IMG/VR virus record: IMGVR_UViG_3300021514_000002
Span: 192,001 to 256,000 of that record
Length of the DNA stretch: 64,000 nucleotides
Origin: a virus
Taxonomy: Duplodnaviria; Caudoviricetes
Strand: one strand, 5' to 3'
The notes beneath the pieces were generated by a model. That model was not told the origin of the DNA. It saw only the letters and a program-made list of their open reading frames with translations, and did no database searches. Made by a program: the position numbers and the translations under genes. How positions within the stretch are numbered: position 1 is the first letter of the stretch; each line of letters starts with the position of its first letter. Shown here in pieces: positions 1-9,513 of the stretch.

Positions 1-8
1 AGCAAAGC

Positions 9-33
9 AAAAAGCCCACAACGTGGGCTTTTT
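9..33. terminator. Intrinsic terminator downstream of rIIB
   Basis: AAAAAGCCCAC-aac-GTGGGCTTTTT, 11-bp stem with A/T tails, 5 bp past the rIIB stop. Confidence 0.85.
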
Positions 34-38
34 GTTAG

Positions 39-1124
39 TTATTCGTGATCGACAATGTCACCATCATCATGATCGTCTTGGGAATTAGGCCAATCATTAT
101 CTGCCCAAATGACATCAATATCAAGAGTAAAATCTTCAACATAATTATTCGGATTGTTTGATGCCCAACGCCAACCAAAACCACCAGCAGAACGACGAGT
201 GCCCATACATGCCTTTACAATACTCGCAGCATCAATACCGCTATCATTGCCTGCATCTTCAGGTGAATCAAACGTAGCAATAACGCTAGGATCTTTATCC
301 GATGATAGCGCTTCTGCTAAATTCAGTTGTTCTACTGCCGAACTAGAAACTACTGTACGCGAATCGCGGAAGGAACATTCTAAATTTTCAGTTGGAAGAT
401 TGCCATAAGAATCTTCATCAGTCGGCAATTCTCTTACCACAGTATATGCACAACATCGTCCTTTGGCGTTGTCGTAATCACTCGGAATCGCAACAACATC
501 ACGTGGATTAATTTTAATCATCACCACCTTATTACTATAGCTTGTACCATAGTGTGGAAGATAACTACGTGCACAAAAATGTAAACCATGTGAGCACGTA
601 TTGTGTTTATCTTCATTTACTGTATTACGTTGCATTTCGACGAAAGCACCGGGTGTATTATCTACACGACCTGTATAGATATCTTTGAAATGTTCATTGA
701 CACGCTTATATGCGAGGAAATGACCATCTTCTGTAATAGGAAGTTTTGATGCTTCCAAGAAATCGTATAATTCATTCACTGCACGATTTGATGGATTGTC
801 CATCAAGTTATCAAGAAAAATAGCCATGGGCGCAATATCAAAATCGTCAGCATACATTTCAAGCATTCTTGCTGTAAGTGTAGTATGTAGAGGTGTACCA
901 TTATATGTTACAAAACCACCTTCAATTGCAACGTTCTCAATTCCTGCAATCGATTTTTTTATTAATTCTACTGGCAATGCAAGTTCTTTCGCTAATTCCC
1001 AATCTTTGTTTCGTACTGCGTCGCAAACCGCGTCGTATTTGTTATTGGTGCTATAAACTGTTGCCGAATCACCGTCGTCAAATACAAGGGTTAGATGTGT
1101 GTCTGCTTTAATAAAAGCTGTCAT
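39..1124 (-). CDS. rIIB: RIIB-like protein
   Basis: LFLDNLMDNPS..AVNELYDFLE..LPITEDGHFLAYKRV and CSHGLHFC motifs; 4-bp overlap with rIIA. Confidence 0.9.
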   Translation of the reverse strand: MTAFIKADTHLTLVFDDGDSATVYSTNNKYDAVCDAVRNKDWELAKELALPVELIKKSIAGIENVAIEGGFVTYNGTPLHTTLTARMLEMYADDFDIAPMAIFLDNLMDNPSNRAVNELYDFLEASKLPITEDGHFLAYKRVNEHFKDIYTGRVDNTPGAFVEMQRNTVNEDKHNTCSHGLHFCARSYLPHYGTSYSNKVVMIKINPRDVVAIPSDYDNAKGRCCAYTVVRELPTDEDSYGNLPTENLECSFRDSRTVVSSSAVEQLNLAEALSSDKDPSVIATFDSPEDAGNDSGIDAASIVKACMGTRRSAGGFGWRWASNNPNNYVEDFTLDIDVIWADNDWPNSQDDHDDGDIVDHE

Positions 1125-3418
1125 TTTTTACTCCTGTCAATTAATTTAATATAGTCAAATAGAACTGACCAATCTCCATTATACGCTAATTCGGATACTA
1201 ATGTCAACATTGGATATTTAGTAAACGCAGTATCATCATAAAATGATGGTTGATCAATATCAACCGTGTCCAGTAATCTATTGTATAACGTTTCGATTAC
1301 CTTAATCTGTGACATTACTTCTGCAGAATATTTTTCATTTCCTTCGATTAACGGCAGAACTTGCTGCTTAAACACAGAATCTGAATCTAATTTTTTAATA
1401 TTTTCTACGAACCCATCCTCCATGATGTGTTTCTTTATACCCAGTATTCCAGATGTCTTAGAGACTTGTTTATGGAATGTTAGTTCTTCAATATAATTGG
1501 GTAAAATTTCTTTAACAAAACTAAAAATGTCAACCCAGTCATCTAATTTCTTAACTTTATTATACGTGATTGTTGGCAATGCCATGATAGCTGATACTGT
1601 ATAGTCTGTATCATTAATATCATTATATGCACTTAATATAAAATGGATAGTTGGCGCAAACATTTCCACGCCAAGATGTAACGGTTCAAGCTTGCCATCT
1701 GAATTAATAAAAGAAGGTGATGATGCATATTTTAATGGTATATATAAACCACCATCATCAATATTGCCAATTATGGAGTTCCATGCAATTTTATCATGAT
1801 AATAATGCGAACCTGAGCCAGAATACGTCCCGCCATAACGATAAAATGATAAAGAACGGGAAATAGATTCTCTTATAGGTTCTTCTGTAATTTCGGATAT
1901 TTTATGAACATCAGGGGAACCCAACTCTTCAATTAGTCTAGAAAATTCTAAATCGTATCCTTCAAATTTTACAGGGTTGCAATTGTTGTCCAAACGTTCA
2001 AGTGGCACTAATCGTTGTGTGATTACAATCGCATCATTATAGTGGCTCTCCATTAAATATTCTTTAAGACGCGCAAGACCACCTCTTTTTACATCATTGA
2101 TAACGATAAGGGTAGTGTCATTAGGATCAACTGTACTGGAAACATCTGAACGTTTAAGCTTTGATGATTTTGTATAATAACCATTAATTCTATAACGATT
2201 GAGATCATGACCTAAGATTTGTTTATATCCAACCCTACCATTATCTTCAATATACCTTTTTAAATTTTTATTATGAACTTCATCGGCTTTAAGAAATGAC
2301 CGAATAGCATCTTCCCTATTAAATAGTTCATTGGATAATTTATTTAATTCAATACATGCAAACCAATATTTTTTATTAATGTCGCCAAATTTTTTCACAA
2401 CTTCACTCGTAAATTCTTTATTAAGTTTCTTCAACTTATTGGCGATAGCTTCTACAGATTTTGCATCATACCGAATTTCTTCGCGATTAGCAGATACTTC
2501 AAGCTCGCCGATATTATAAAACATAACAATATGTGAGCGATTGATAAATGCATATAAATCATCATCTACTTTGTCTTTGATTTGTTCACTATTTACACGG
2601 TAAGCGACATTTCCCTGTACAGCAATTAACGAAGAAGAACTATAACGCCCTGCAGATGAAAGCATCCATTCATCTGTTTCAATTTTATACTTCGGTAATT
2701 GGTCAAATTCAAAATTAAGCGCCCCCGTAATTTTTGGTTTAACGGGGAAATACATTAACGCGGTGGCTGTTTTATTTTTGAACTTATAAAAATCATTGGG
2801 TTTAATAGTTATTTTAACTTCAAGACCACTATGTTCATCTGTATCAATATCGCCCATTTTTGCAATTGTTGGGATACCATCCTCATTAAGGAAAATCGCG
2901 TAGGTACGTTTCTTGCCATTATATCGTGAAATAACTTCAAACGCATCAGAATAACTAAATGGACTTTTTGAACCAAGCCCCAGTGCTCCAATGAAATCAT
3001 TAGAATTTGTCTTCGTAGAATCAAAATAAGTTGTATATAACCCACCAGTACGATTAAATTGTAACGTTCCATCTTCATTGGTTGCAGTTATTAATTCACC
3101 AGTGGGGTCTTCTACCATTACAGGAACCATCTCGCCTTGGATATCTTCATCAGACAATCCGATACCATAGTCCTTAATTGAAAGGAACGGCTCTAACTCA
3201 TTTGGTAAATGGATCTCGAAAGGGGTATTACTATTTTTTGCGGCAATATGTGCATCGTAAGCGTTACAACTTAATTCGCGGACGATAGCCATTTCGGGAT
3301 CGGTATATAGTCCGCTCGAAAGGATACTAAAAGAAAGTGCGTTGGTTTTGATAGTAAACGAAGATTCGGCTTGCACGCCGCCACGTTCAATATTTGTATG
3401 ATTTGTATGAAGTTTCAT
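1121..3418 (-). CDS. rIIA: RIIA-like protein (N-terminal GHKL/HATPase domain)
   Basis: IVRELSCNAYDAH, IKDYGIGLS, STKTNSNDFIGALGLGSKSPFSYSD motifs. Start moved to the ATG at 3418, which has an AGGA Shine-Dalgarno (SD). Confidence 0.9.
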   Translation of the reverse strand: MKLHTNHTNIERGGVQAESSFTIKTNALSFSILSSGLYTDPEMAIVRELSCNAYDAHIAAKNSNTPFEIHLPNELEPFLSIKDYGIGLSDEDIQGEMVPVMVEDPTGELITATNEDGTLQFNRTGGLYTTYFDSTKTNSNDFIGALGLGSKSPFSYSDAFEVISRYNGKKRTYAIFLNEDGIPTIAKMGDIDTDEHSGLEVKITIKPNDFYKFKNKTATALMYFPVKPKITGALNFEFDQLPKYKIETDEWMLSSAGRYSSSSLIAVQGNVAYRVNSEQIKDKVDDDLYAFINRSHIVMFYNIGELEVSANREEIRYDAKSVEAIANKLKKLNKEFTSEVVKKFGDINKKYWFACIELNKLSNELFNREDAIRSFLKADEVHNKNLKRYIEDNGRVGYKQILGHDLNRYRINGYYTKSSKLKRSDVSSTVDPNDTTLIVINDVKRGGLARLKEYLMESHYNDAIVITQRLVPLERLDNNCNPVKFEGYDLEFSRLIEELGSPDVHKISEITEEPIRESISRSLSFYRYGGTYSGSGSHYYHDKIAWNSIIGNIDDGGLYIPLKYASSPSFINSDGKLEPLHLGVEMFAPTIHFILSAYNDINDTDYTVSAIMALPTITYNKVKKLDDWVDIFSFVKEILPNYIEELTFHKQVSKTSGILGIKKHIMEDGFVENIKKLDSDSVFKQQVLPLIEGNEKYSAEVMSQIKVIETLYNRLLDTVDIDQPSFYDDTAFTKYPMLTLVSELAYNGDWSVLFDYIKLIDRSKK
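1178..1207 (-). promoter_or_regulatory. Sigma70-type promoter inside the rIIA 3' end, pointing at rIIB
   Basis: TTGACA-18 bp-TATAAT, perfect hexamers. Confidence 0.7.
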
Positions 3419-3453
3419 AGTGTTCCTATACATTAATTATTAATATTGGAACT

Positions 3454-3482
3454 ACTATATCAAATTAGGTTATAACAGTCAA
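3454..3482 (-). promoter_or_regulatory. Sigma70-type promoter for rIIA
   Basis: TTGACT-17 bp-TATAGT. Confidence 0.75.
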
Positions 3483-3492
3483 CCTTTTATTT

Positions 3493-3636
3493 TTATTCTT
3501 TTTCTTCTTGTTGTATATCAGTAAGATAATCTGCAACTGTCTTGCCTGTAGGTTCAGCGGGTTTAGTTGCTTCAATTGCGGCTTCAACTGCATCCTTTTC
3601 GCGTGCTGTGTTATTGATATCTTTTATTAAATCCAT
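3493..3636 (-). CDS. Small hypothetical protein (47 aa, not in ORF track)
   Basis: MDLIKDINNTAREKDAVEAAIEATKPAEPTGKTVADYLTDIQQEEKE; fills the gap between co-oriented genes. Confidence 0.6.
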   Translation of the reverse strand: MDLIKDINNTAREKDAVEAAIEATKPAEPTGKTVADYLTDIQQEEKE

Positions 3637-3638
3637 GG

Positions 3639-3875
3639 TTAATTATCCAATTCTTGTTTTATTTGTTGTTTGACTTCTTGACGTTGTGCTTTAGCTTTAG
3701 CATATTTACCTGTTTCTTTATGTGCGCCTGCGCCTGATTGTTGGGCGAACTTAGCCACTGGATTATTAGGTGCATCCATAGTTGGTTTTTCTGCCTTGTT
3801 TTTACGTGCACGCTTGGCTTCGCGCTTACGCTTTGTGCTACTTTTCGCCATTTCCAATAATTCAGCAACTTTCAT
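3639..3875 (-). CDS. Small basic hypothetical protein with MKVAELLE leader
   Basis: Lys/Arg-rich; ATAAATA late-type motif just upstream. Confidence 0.7.
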   Translation of the reverse strand: MKVAELLEMAKSSTKRKREAKRARKNKAEKPTMDAPNNPVAKFAQQSGAGAHKETGKYAKAKAQRQEVKQQIKQELDN

Positions 3876-3908
3876 AACTGCTCCACAATAAAGATTATAT
3901 TGTATTTA

Positions 3909-4232
3909 TCATACAGTAAAACTTTCCCCACATCCACATTCGGCAGCAACATTGGGATTATTAAACTTAAACCCTTCATTAAGACCTTCTTTGGTGTAAT
4001 CTAATTCAGTTCCATTAATATAAATAAGACTTTTTTGGTCAACGATGAGTTTAACTCCGTTTGATTCAAACACTACATCATCTGCGTTAACAATATCAAT
4101 AAATTCAAGAACGTATGCCATTCCTGAACATCCTGTTGTTTTTATACCTACGCGCAAACCTAAGCCTTTACCACGACTTGTAAGATAATCCTGAACTCGT
4201 TGCGCGGCAATCTCTGTTATGGATAGTCCCAT
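3909..4232 (-). CDS. iscA: A-type Fe-S carrier protein
   Basis: [20 protein letters not shown] and [15 protein letters not shown], with all three conserved Cys. Confidence 0.95.
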   Translation of the reverse strand: MGLSITEIAAQRVQDYLTSRGKGLGLRVGIKTTGCSGMAYVLEFIDIVNADDVVFESNGVKLIVDQKSLIYINGTELDYTKEGLNEGFKFNNPNVAAECGCGESFTV

Positions 4233-4513
4233 TAGTATTCAAGGCATCCAATAAACGGTGATATTCCACCAATATTTATTGCATCGTATCCACGTTCTGA
4301 AAGGTATGAAGCCGCCGCGCCGCTGCGCGCGCCGCTGCGACAGTAAAGTAAAAGCTTACTATCTTTTTTAAGGGTTAGTAGTTGGTTGGGTAGTGCGGCA
4401 AGAGGAATATTAACAGAGCCAGTAATACGGCTGGCGGTATGTTCATTAGGTGTACGCACATCAATAACATGTGCACCACTGTTTACCATGGCTTTTAATT
4501 TTTCGCAATTCAT
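4232..4513 (-). CDS. Single-domain rhodanese / sulfurtransferase
   Basis: [16 protein letters not shown] and active-site loop LYCRSGARS. Confidence 0.9.
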   Translation of the reverse strand: MNCEKLKAMVNSGAHVIDVRTPNEHTASRITGSVNIPLAALPNQLLTLKKDSKLLLYCRSGARSGAAASYLSERGYDAINIGGISPFIGCLEY

Positions 4514-4890
4514 TTATTTTTCTCTTGATAATCATTTATAGCGGCTTTAATCGCATCTTCTGCCAAAACCGAACAATGAATTTTTACTGGAGGCAGTTCT
4601 AATTCATTTGCAAGGTCGACATTTTTAATCGTACTTGCTTCATCTATTGACATACCTTTAACCCATTCAGTTAAAAGGCTTGATGATGCAATAGCTGAAC
4701 CACATCCGTATGTTTTAAATACGGCGTTTTCGATTATCCCGTCATCGTTGACTTGAATTTGTAGACGCATTACGTCACCACAAGCGGGTGCGCCTACCAT
4801 GCCTGTACCTACTGTTGAATCGTCCTTATCTAATACCCCTACATTTCGTGGGTTTTCATAATGATCCAATACTTTATCTGAATATGCCAT
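4510..4890 (-). CDS. iscU: Fe-S cluster scaffold protein
   Basis: MAYSDKVLDHYENPRNVG, GAPACGDVM, FKTYGCGSAIASSS, LPPVKIHCSVLAEDA. Start at 4890 has an AGGAG SD and an upstream TTGACT-17-TAATAT. Confidence 0.97.
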   Translation of the reverse strand: MAYSDKVLDHYENPRNVGVLDKDDSTVGTGMVGAPACGDVMRLQIQVNDDGIIENAVFKTYGCGSAIASSSLLTEWVKGMSIDEASTIKNVDLANELELPPVKIHCSVLAEDAIKAAINDYQEKNK

Positions 4891-4944
4891 AATATATCTC
4901 CTATGGAAGTATATATTATGGTAACATAGTAAAATAGTCAAGTA

Positions 4945-5367
4945 TTATTTTAGCTTTTTATGTTCTACTATCCAGCGAGTTGCGGCTTTTACTACAGGTC
5001 TATGAAGTTCACGACCAACCCCAGAAAATTCATCTGGGGTCATCCAAGTAACTTCACCAGTTTCACTGTCTGGATCGCCAAACATATTGGGGTCTTCAAT
5101 TTCTGCAAGGTAAATCCTTGTTCTTCCAAGGAAATTTCCGAGATCGTGTTTGTTTATAACATTACCGTTAAATAATCCTAATTCTTCACCGGCTTCCCTA
5201 AATGCTGTTTCTTTATCAGATTCACCATCTTCCTGTTTCCCCTTAGCTACTTGAAAACATTTCCCACCAAATTTTGGATTCGATGGTTTCATGAACATCA
5301 TTTTGATTTCATTTTCTTCTACGTAGTAAGGGATTACACCCGCACGATATATTTTTTCTTTATTCAT
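4945..5367 (-). CDS. NUDIX hydrolase
   Basis: Nudix box AKGKQEDGESDKETAFREAGEELG. Confidence 0.9.
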   Translation of the reverse strand: MNKEKIYRAGVIPYYVEENEIKMMFMKPSNPKFGGKCFQVAKGKQEDGESDKETAFREAGEELGLFNGNVINKHDLGNFLGRTRIYLAEIEDPNMFGDPDSETGEVTWMTPDEFSGVGRELHRPVVKAATRWIVEHKKLK

Positions 5368-5443
5368 TTGAACCTACTTACCTTTGGTTACTTTTACTAT
5401 ATTTATCAAAAAGAAATATAATAAAAAACAATGGGTTAGGATA

Positions 5444-5737
5444 TTACTTTTCTGCAGGTTCACGCCAAATCATCATTGTTTTAGTTAGTTTGTTTTTACG
5501 AACGAATACTTTGCCTGTTTCCACATAGCGGTCATGTCGCTTAATTTGGCGAAGAACCTTAGTAGAAACACTATGTGATTTCGCATATTCTTCAAAATTC
5601 ACGGGGGTAGAAGGGACTTCTTTAAAAGCGGTGGCAATATTGTTTCCTTTTCTACCGCGTTTTTTTAGCTCTTTTGTAGCAGATTGTGCAGGAGCATTTA
5701 ATACATGTGTTGTTGTGTTGTCGTTAGACATAATCAT
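5444..5737 (-). CDS. Hypothetical basic protein
   Basis: ORF with upstream TTGACT-17-TATAAT at 5767-5795. Confidence 0.65.
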   Translation of the reverse strand: MIMSNDNTTTHVLNAPAQSATKELKKRGRKGNNIATAFKEVPSTPVNFEEYAKSHSVSTKVLRQIKRHDRYVETGKVFVRKNKLTKTMMIWREPAEK

Positions 5738-5826
5738 TTTTTCCTTTTAAAAGTTTTTGCAAATTAATTATATGGTAATAAAAATTAAAAGTCAAGAATT
5801 TTAGGTTATTAAAATAGGTTACATAT

Positions 5827-6162
5827 TTAATTTTCGTGTTTCTTTTTAAAATCAAGAATAGTCCCTGATTCTAATTTTTCTATAGGTTGTGCTGATATAC
5901 TAGCACAGTTTTTCGTAACCTCAACAAATTCATTTACGCCTTCCCAAAAGATGGCAACCATCCTATTCATTCGTTCTAACGGATCTTTAATCTTATCAAG
6001 TTCTTGCTTAAGTCGCCATTGTTTTCTGCGATACAACTCCTGATTTTCAGCCCGCATATTACTAATAGCGTTTTCAATCATCGCCGATGTAACTTTTTCA
6101 AATTCATCGGGACTTTCAATGTACAGATTTTTTAAGTAATCAAAATCGTATTCCATTGTCAT
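5827..6162 (-). CDS. Hypothetical protein
   Basis: Co-oriented ORF in a tight gene array. Confidence 0.65.
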   Translation of the reverse strand: MTMEYDFDYLKNLYIESPDEFEKVTSAMIENAISNMRAENQELYRRKQWRLKQELDKIKDPLERMNRMVAIFWEGVNEFVEVTKNCASISAQPIEKLESGTILDFKKKHEN

Positions 6163-6167
6163 TACCT

Positions 6168-7517
6168 TTAGAATATTAACATGTTATTGTCGATCCTTGT
6201 CCATGTACTAAAATCCCAACCCGTTAGAAAGTCAGCGCAAACTATGTTATGTTGCACTATTCTCCTATTTTCTACAGTATCACCAACTAATTCCAATAAT
6301 CTGCGGTGACACAATTTAACGTTATCTTCCATTAAATCAATTCCAAATGTTGTCTCCAATGCTTCTTTGGGAGATTGTCCACACCTCAACTTTTCCTTAA
6401 TTATTGCTAAGATAAAATTGCCATCACCACAAGTAGGTTCAAGTGTTATTTTGTCACTATCACATAATCCAGCTTCTGCTAAGTCTGCAATAATATCAGC
6501 GGTGTGTTGATGTGACGTAAAAATTTCACCTGTAATTTTTACTCTTTCAGATGAGCGTTTTATTTCACTAACAATTAAATCATTTTTAAGATTAATAGTA
6601 TTATAATGATCCGAACCTACCGTTCGTACCCATTCAATTAATTCAATTGATAAATTTTTTGATTTATAATAAGCACGCTCATATTCTTCCTGTGAACGAT
6701 ACGCCTTGCCCGTTAATATATCATATGGCATCGATCCCAAAGATTGACGATTTACATGTGATATTGTTGTTGTCATGCACAACAATAATCCAAATATCCT
6801 CATCTTAAAATGATAATAGGCGTTCACTGCTTGAAATTCATCATCAAACGTGAGCATGTATCGTTTCGCTGCGTTGTCGGTGTGTGTGCCGTTCTTTAAA
6901 TCTGGAATCCACACAACGGAACCATCTAAGTCTAATTTGACACCTGTTAATAATTTACTACCAGTTAAAAATTCAAGAGGTTTTGAACCGCCAATATAAT
7001 TTATATCCAGTTTACTATTAAAATGAATCTTTGGTTTAGTAGAAGGTTGGTAAGGAACAAGTGGCATTCTTTTTTGACCAACCGTACAAATATTCCATAA
7101 TTGTTTCCCTTCTTCACCTAAATATAATATAGTTCCATTAGATGTAGTAAAAACTGTCGTGGTATGCAATGCCGTGGTACCAAAATATCTTATCAACTCA
7201 GTTTCTTTTTGACTTTCGCCATTAGCGAAGAATATACAAGCACCAATACCTTTGATTGGTTTATTTGTAACTGGACTTATAAAAGCAGAGCCAGGATACG
7301 TACTTATCTTCTTAACGTTACCACTTAAAAAGGATGACCTTAATTCTTTATTACTATTACTACCACCGCGCAAATAACTGGCGCTGGTAATCAGTGCCAT
7401 TTTACCAGTATCGCTTAATAAGTCATTCTTACATTTTTGTAAAAATATCTTATCAATTTCCTTGTCCCATGGGACATTTCCAACAATAAAGTCAAACATT
7501 TTACTCTGCGGTGGCAT
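6168..7517 (-). CDS. Amino (N6A/N4C) DNA methyltransferase with permuted motif order
   Basis: N-terminal FDFIVGNVPW (motif IV-like); C-terminal TGEIFT, LEPTCGDGNF, GIDLMEDN, NIVCADFL (motifs X, I, II, III). Confidence 0.75.
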   Translation of the reverse strand: MPPQSKMFDFIVGNVPWDKEIDKIFLQKCKNDLLSDTGKMALITSASYLRGGSNSNKELRSSFLSGNVKKISTYPGSAFISPVTNKPIKGIGACIFFANGESQKETELIRYFGTTALHTTTVFTTSNGTILYLGEEGKQLWNICTVGQKRMPLVPYQPSTKPKIHFNSKLDINYIGGSKPLEFLTGSKLLTGVKLDLDGSVVWIPDLKNGTHTDNAAKRYMLTFDDEFQAVNAYYHFKMRIFGLLLCMTTTISHVNRQSLGSMPYDILTGKAYRSQEEYERAYYKSKNLSIELIEWVRTVGSDHYNTINLKNDLIVSEIKRSSERVKITGEIFTSHQHTADIIADLAEAGLCDSDKITLEPTCGDGNFILAIIKEKLRCGQSPKEALETTFGIDLMEDNVKLCHRRLLELVGDTVENRRIVQHNIVCADFLTGWDFSTWTRIDNNMLIF

Positions 7518-8361
7518 TAGCTCTAAGTTTCTCAGTCTCGTTAAATTTTTTAAAGTGTGTTTTTAGATAATCAGTTCCATGTGGATTGCATGGGATAGAT
7601 AATACCTTTTCAGTTAGATCGCGGCAGATAATTGGGTCATGTAAGTATTCACTTACGACAATCTCATAAGAACTTGGATTTATAGTAAAGTGATAGTTAT
7701 CATATGCGCTATGAATATCGCGTCTAAGAAAAATCCCATTATTACTATCAGAACACTCCGTTGGCGTAGCATCACCTACTTTGAGGTTTTCAGTTAATAC
7801 ACTATCCGGTATAATATGTGCTGCTTCACATGTGCCATATTCCCCTAAAGCTCCCGTTATTTGGCACATGTTGTTTGCATTATCCGCCACCTGATTTTTA
7901 AATTCGGGTTGATATTGCCTCACCGGTCTTGCGGCACCTAACTTTATTTTATAGTTTTTTGGGTTTTTCACTACATGATGATATGGATTGATGTTATTGC
8001 AAATAATCGCTGGCGAGGCCGCATCGAAGTCCAATAACTCTTCTTCTTTAGCGTGGATACGCGCTCGCATATCACGGGTCGTCCACCCTTTACTAATTTT
8101 TTTTATCCCCAAATCTTTTAATAATTTACTATTATGTGAAACTAAATTATTAAGCGCAGAACGCAAATTAGTTTCTCTAGGTTGTCCGTCAAGGCTGACA
8201 GTTTTCAAATCATCAACTTTGGGGATAAAATACTTAGACTGTACTAAGAGAAAATTATATATTTCTTTATGTGTCATTGGGCGATCAAAATGATCAAGAA
8301 TCTTAGGAAAGATTGTTGCTAATTCTTTTTCAGTAGTTCGTTTGTTTTTTGTGTGTATCAT
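7501..8361 (-). CDS. HNH endonuclease (restriction-type HNH) with N-terminal putative DNA-binding domain
   Basis: CQITG..CEAAHIIP..NGIFLRRDIHSAYDNYHFTI; overlaps the MTase start. Confidence 0.8.
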   Translation of the reverse strand: MIHTKNKRTTEKELATIFPKILDHFDRPMTHKEIYNFLLVQSKYFIPKVDDLKTVSLDGQPRETNLRSALNNLVSHNSKLLKDLGIKKISKGWTTRDMRARIHAKEEELLDFDAASPAIICNNINPYHHVVKNPKNYKIKLGAARPVRQYQPEFKNQVADNANNMCQITGALGEYGTCEAAHIIPDSVLTENLKVGDATPTECSDSNNGIFLRRDIHSAYDNYHFTINPSSYEIVVSEYLHDPIICRDLTEKVLSIPCNPHGTDYLKTHFKKFNETEKLRANATAE

Positions 8362-8382
8362 ATATTATCCATTATGTTATGA

Positions 8383-9054
8383 TTACATATCGAACTTAGC
8401 AAATGCACGGAACGCAATCTTCTTATAGAGTCCTTGGAATCTACCATACATCCAATTCGCAAGTTTAACAAGTGGATCATTTAATATCGTCCAGAAAGCA
8501 GACGTAGGCCACCACAGAATCCATGTAACGATTTTTTCTTTATGATTTTGGGCAGATGGGATAACACCATCAAGTTTATCTTCGTCGTAGTCGTATCTAC
8601 TACCATCTATAAAATACCGTTCTCTTAGAAACGTATTAAAGGCGGGAATAAAATGCACAGGAAGTTTTGTTTTAGTATTAACTTCTAGTTTTTCATCATC
8701 TGCGATTTCATTTTTACCAATCTGTCTATTACAACGCTTAATAAATTCTAATTTCAATTCACCAAAAGCATCAGCTTTCTTGTTAATAAATGAAAACCAT
8801 TTGACGAATGACCAACCACCACCTACAACAAAATACACAACAAAGTAACCAATCAATGCAATAGGATCGTTAAAAATTGTAACGACAATACCAGAGTGAT
8901 ACATAATCCCCATAAAAATGCCAACTGTTAAAAATGCAAAAAAGTTTTTCTCATTTTCCGCGAATGCTAACACTAATACGAAACAAACTGCTGCCCAAAT
9001 CCAAACCCAGACTCCTGCGGTAATAATTAATGCTGCTGCTAACCATTCTATCAT
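8383..9054 (-). CDS. Membrane protein
   Basis: Several hydrophobic N-terminal segments plus a late Trp-rich hydrophobic segment. Confidence 0.75.
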   Translation of the reverse strand: MIEWLAAALIITAGVWVWIWAAVCFVLVLAFAENEKNFFAFLTVGIFMGIMYHSGIVVTIFNDPIALIGYFVVYFVVGGGWSFVKWFSFINKKADAFGELKLEFIKRCNRQIGKNEIADDEKLEVNTKTKLPVHFIPAFNTFLRERYFIDGSRYDYDEDKLDGVIPSAQNHKEKIVTWILWWPTSAFWTILNDPLVKLANWMYGRFQGLYKKIAFRAFAKFDM

Positions 9055-9063
9055 TTCTTTCTC

Positions 9064-9513
9064 CTATAATTCCCAAGGGAATATTAATTTTGTATTATAT
9101 TCTAAATGTTGCCAAAAACAATCAGGAACAAATCCATTACAATTAAATAATGTAATAACATTCAGTTCATGGCCACGATCTTTGTAAGTATCGGCAATTA
9201 ATTCAATTTCAGATACGATGGTAACCATAGAACTTACTATGATTAATTTTGGAAGTACTGGCGCTACGCCATGGCCAGACTGTATTGGCTTACATATGTC
9301 AATAAGTTTTTCTGTTGGTCTTCTACAAAGTTCAGATTTATTAATTACGACAAGTGGTAGGCTGACTAGATTTGCAACAATGGAGGCGCTTACAAGATCA
9401 TCAGATAACGCAAGAACTGCTTCTGATGAATTAAGCGCTTCTGCGTTATTCATTACAAGGGAAAGACACCCTTTAGAAATTTGTTCCCATGAAATGTATC
9501 TTTCATTATTCAT
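9064..9513 (-). CDS. Divergent phosphoribosyltransferase-like protein
   Basis: RYISWEQI N-terminus and IFPWE C-terminus typical of Gpt-like PRTases; PRPP loop degenerate. Ends in TAG. Confidence 0.5.
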   Translation of the reverse strand: MNNERYISWEQISKGCLSLVMNNAEALNSSEAVLALSDDLVSASIVANLVSLPLVVINKSELCRRPTEKLIDICKPIQSGHGVAPVLPKLIIVSSMVTIVSEIELIADTYKDRGHELNVITLFNCNGFVPDCFWQHLEYNTKLIFPWEL

